A DNA stretch of 64,000 nt from the human T2T-CHM13v2.0 reference genome, Homo sapiens: assembly GCF_009914755.1 (NCBI RefSeq), contig NC_060935.1; one strand, written 5' to 3'. Within the stretch, counting starts at the first letter, position 1; each line of letters begins with the position of its first letter. Positions 60,380-64,000 of this stretch are shown here, piece by piece. The notes under the pieces are model-generated. The model was not told the origin of the DNA and made no database searches. It saw only the letters and a list, made by a program, of their open reading frames with translations. The position numbers and the translations under genes are program-made.

Positions 60380-61660
60380 AGTCCATCCCCTTCGCCCAGG
60401 TCCCCTCGGATCAGGGCCTGCCAGGGTGGTGTGGCAAAGGGGCCTGCATCGCGCCAACCTCTCGCAGCTCTCCAGCGGGTGCAGCCAGGCTCTGGCCCCC
60501 ACACGCTTGGGCTTTGCTCCCTTCCCGTTTTATGAGGAATAAAAGGGGCTGTAAACCCTGCGCGTGGACAAAGTGCACCATATAAACGGCTCCTGGTAAT
60601 AATGACATTTGCAGCGGTGCCCCTCAGCCAGGCATGTTCAGGGGGAGGGAGAGCCTGTCCCGGACACGCAGCATCTGGCCCCACCCCTGACAGAGGGGCA
60701 GGCACCACACACCACACACCACATACCACAGACACCACAGACACCACAGGCACGACCCTCCGAAGGACCAGCAGAGGCTGCACCTGGGGAGGCTGGGGGA
60801 GACGCGAGAACAGGGGCACTCCAAGAAAAGGCCAGGCTCCCTCTGACCCCATGTCCTCACCCCCATAGACACACACCTTCCAGCACGTGGCACTTTGTTA
60901 GGGACGTCAGTGGCTTGTGTTGCCACCTTATGAGGATAAGCAAGGCTGGGCAGTGGCTCTTTTGCCGTTTCCCTCCACGTAGCATGCCCTTGAGCCCTGG
61001 GACTCAGTTTCCCCATCTGACTCTTGGGTGTCTCACAGAGCCTTTCAAAGATTACAACGGGGCTGGGGGAAGACTGCGGCCAAGCCTGTGCCCCTTCCCT
61101 TCCTCTCACAGCTCCACAGGTGCAGATGGCCGTGGCCCTGTGCCACCCCTCTACAAACCACCAAGCCAGAGCAGGGTGGGGGTGCCAGGCCCCGGGGCTG
61201 AGGGCCACAGGAAGGCTTGGGGATTAGACGTGTTTCCCTTCCCTCTACATGCTCTGTCTCGCAGAAGCTGGCCCGGGAGGACTCCTGTCACCTTTTAAGG
61301 TGAATTTCCTATTAAGAAGATGCTTTTGTTCAGATATTGCCCAGTGGAATGTGCTTTCCTTAGTCCCACCCAGGGAAGCCAGCGGGCACCGCCTTGAGCA
61401 GTGACAGTGACCGGTAGTAGGGATCTGCCTGCGGCTGGAGGCCTCGTAGGAGACTTTCACGGAGTGCCTGGTCTCCTGAACCATCCGCGGAGGGGCAGAA
61501 GGCCCCTGGCACGTCAGATCTCTTGTCCTTGTTTAAACAAAATGGAATATTTTCCCCTTAATAAAACTCTTGGGAAGAATTGCCCATTTCTGTCTTTCAG
61601 GGACATCACCTTTCATAGAATGGCCCTGATCCCGAGTCATCCTGTAAAAATGGAATTTAC

Positions 61661-61980
<320 letters not shown>

Positions 61981-62822
61981 TTACTGCCAGTGCAGGGGTG
62001 TGCTGGGATGCTTTAACAATGGGCTCTCAGGGAGAAAACACATGCTTTGCTTTGGAGCATATTCCAGTGACCATGGTGTAAATATTCCCACCCAGGCTGA
62101 TTGTCAAGCAACCCGAAATGCTGAACTCAGCAGGGGAGAGGATTGGCCATTTCAGGGTGTGGGGTGAGCGCCGGCTCCAGTGCCCCACAAGAGTGATTTT
62201 GACCATGGAAAGTTCTCAGTGGGACCTCAGGGGTTCGCCGCCTCTCCACGGGGTCCAGACCCTAGTCCAAGCAGCAATTTGCATCTCTCACTGCCCTCTT
62301 CACTCCCATCCCCACCCCCAGGGCCCACCTGACTCACTCCCTGCCTCCCCTCCCACCTGCCGCCTGTCCTGAGTGAGCCTCCTCCCTGGGCCCTCGGAGA
62401 GGGGAGCCGCCGGGCCGCACGAGTCTAAACAAGGACAGGGATCACGGTGGGGTTTGCATTCACACGCCCTCTTTGCTCCACTGAACTTCCTTGGAGCAGA
62501 CCTCAGGTGCAGAGCTCTGGTGGAGCTGGCGGGGCCACAGGTGGGGCTGGGCTCCCCATGAGTCTCCTGGGAGGGTGCGGGACTCTGCCCGCAGCCCGTC
62601 TTGCTGCAGTTACCATTGGCTCCTGCGTCTGGGGCACCCACGTCACACCCTTCATCTGCTCAGTCAGCCCGAGGCAGCTCCCAGCCTCAGGAAAGCCCAG
62701 AAGCAATTGGAAGAGTCTGGGGGTGGGAGGCGCGAGGACATCGGACAGACCTGGCGCGGCCGGGCGGTGCAGGCCTGCTTCAGCCTTCTTTGGCCTGGGC
62801 TTGAAGGCAGGCCTGCGCCTGA

Positions 62823-63012
62823 GGGGTCTGCGGTGGTCTGGGGTGCTCCGCGGAGGTCTGGGGTGGTCTGCAATGGCCCGAGGTGGCCAGAGGGGTCTGG
62901 GGTGGTCTGCAGTGGTGTGGTGTGGGGTGGGGTGGTCTGGGGTGGTCTGCAGTGGTCTGGGGTGGCCTGAGGGGTTTGGGGTGGTCTGGGGTGGTCTGCA
63001 GTGGTCTGGGGT
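62823..63012. repeat. G-rich decamer repeat (GGGGTGGTCT / GCAGTGGTCT)n
   Basis: Seen directly. Confidence 0.9.
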
Positions 63013-64000
63013 CAGCTGGGCCTTTGCCTGCTGTTTGGTGCCCAGTGCAGGCCCGCAGGTTAATGGTCAGTCTGGTCAGCCTGTGTCCTAGGGGATGGAG
63101 GTGTCAGATTTGGATGAAGAGCTGGGGTAGGGGGACTCAGCACTGCCATGGTGGCGGCTCTGAGTTGGGGGTGACTGGAATGGGCCTGGGCCACCCCCAC
63201 GCTGGCAGTGCTCCAACTCAGCTCTGAGCCCCTCTTTCCTTCCTGCCGCCACCCCCACACCCGGCTCTCATCACCTCACACCTGGGCTCTTGCAGCAGCC
63301 TGGCCTCCCCCTGGGCTCTGCACTCTGCACACAGTAGGCACCCTCTGCACACACCAGACCCTTGACTTGGGAGTGGGCAGGGAGGCCCCCAAACAGCACC
63401 CTCATCGTGACTCCGCTGATGCAGCTGGCCAGTGCCCACTCCTAGGGGAGAGCACGCAGGCCCAGCAGCCTCCCCTCCTCTCCCCGTGGCGAGAGAGAAC
63501 CTGGGAGAACGGGGCCTGGGGAGCAGCGGCTGGACAGCCCTGGAGAGCTCTGCCGACCAGCCCTTGGGTGCAAGCTGTGCCCCTGCTGAGTCCCGCCTTG
63601 CTGGGACTCAGCTGTGAGGGCCTGTGGCTCTGAGGCTGGTGGGGACCATCCGGCTGCGCTAGGTCAGCAGCTCCACTGTGGGGTAGGCACTGGGAGGAGG
63701 GCAGGGAGGGGAGCTGAGCGCTCTGCTGGTGATGGGACCGCATCAGGCCCCTGGCTGCCCCAAGTTCCCCCAGCAAAGGCGAGACAAGCGTGTCGGGCCC
63801 AGGGCTGAGCAGGATGGCGTCCGGACACGGATGGAGGCACTCCGCCAGGCGTGTCCTCGAGAGCTGCTTGTAGGTGAATGCCCCTGTGCCACAGTTGTGA
63901 GTCAGGCCCTGGGCACGGGTAGCTCCCAGTTGAAAGGCCTGGCATGAGAAGTCAGACCCACTGGTCGGTGCAGGCCAGGCAACCAGAGGAAGTTTCTCAA

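Overview
GC-rich human genomic DNA from the imprinted 11p15.5 IGF2/H19 domain. It covers the region just downstream of MRPL23, the H19 enhancer region, the complete five-exon H19 lncRNA gene on the minus strand (36853-39552) with MIR675 in exon 1, the overlapping antisense HOTS ORF, and the H19 promoter. It also covers imprinting control region 1 (H19/IGF2 IG-DMR, ~40.7-45.0 kb; A/B repeats, seven CTCF sites, ZFP57 and OCT motifs) and ~19 kb of upstream intergenic DNA. Interspersed repeats include six Alus, an LTR8-type solo LTR, several MLT1 LTRs and an old L1 fragment, and there are many tandem repeats. No conventional protein-coding gene is supported; almost all ORFs in the track are GC-content artefacts. 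The structures not explained by standard annotation are: (i) a non-transposon 189-bp, ~93% identical inverted repeat at 23.1-23.9 kb that could form a long RNA hairpin; (ii) a 24-bp VNTR carrying 18 perfect p53-family half-sites; (iii) a three-module architecture and motif asymmetry within the ICR; (iv) a CpG-rich minisatellite and an inverted Alu pair just distal to the ICR. Locus identity, repeat family names and variant identifiers come from recognition and recall, not from a database search.
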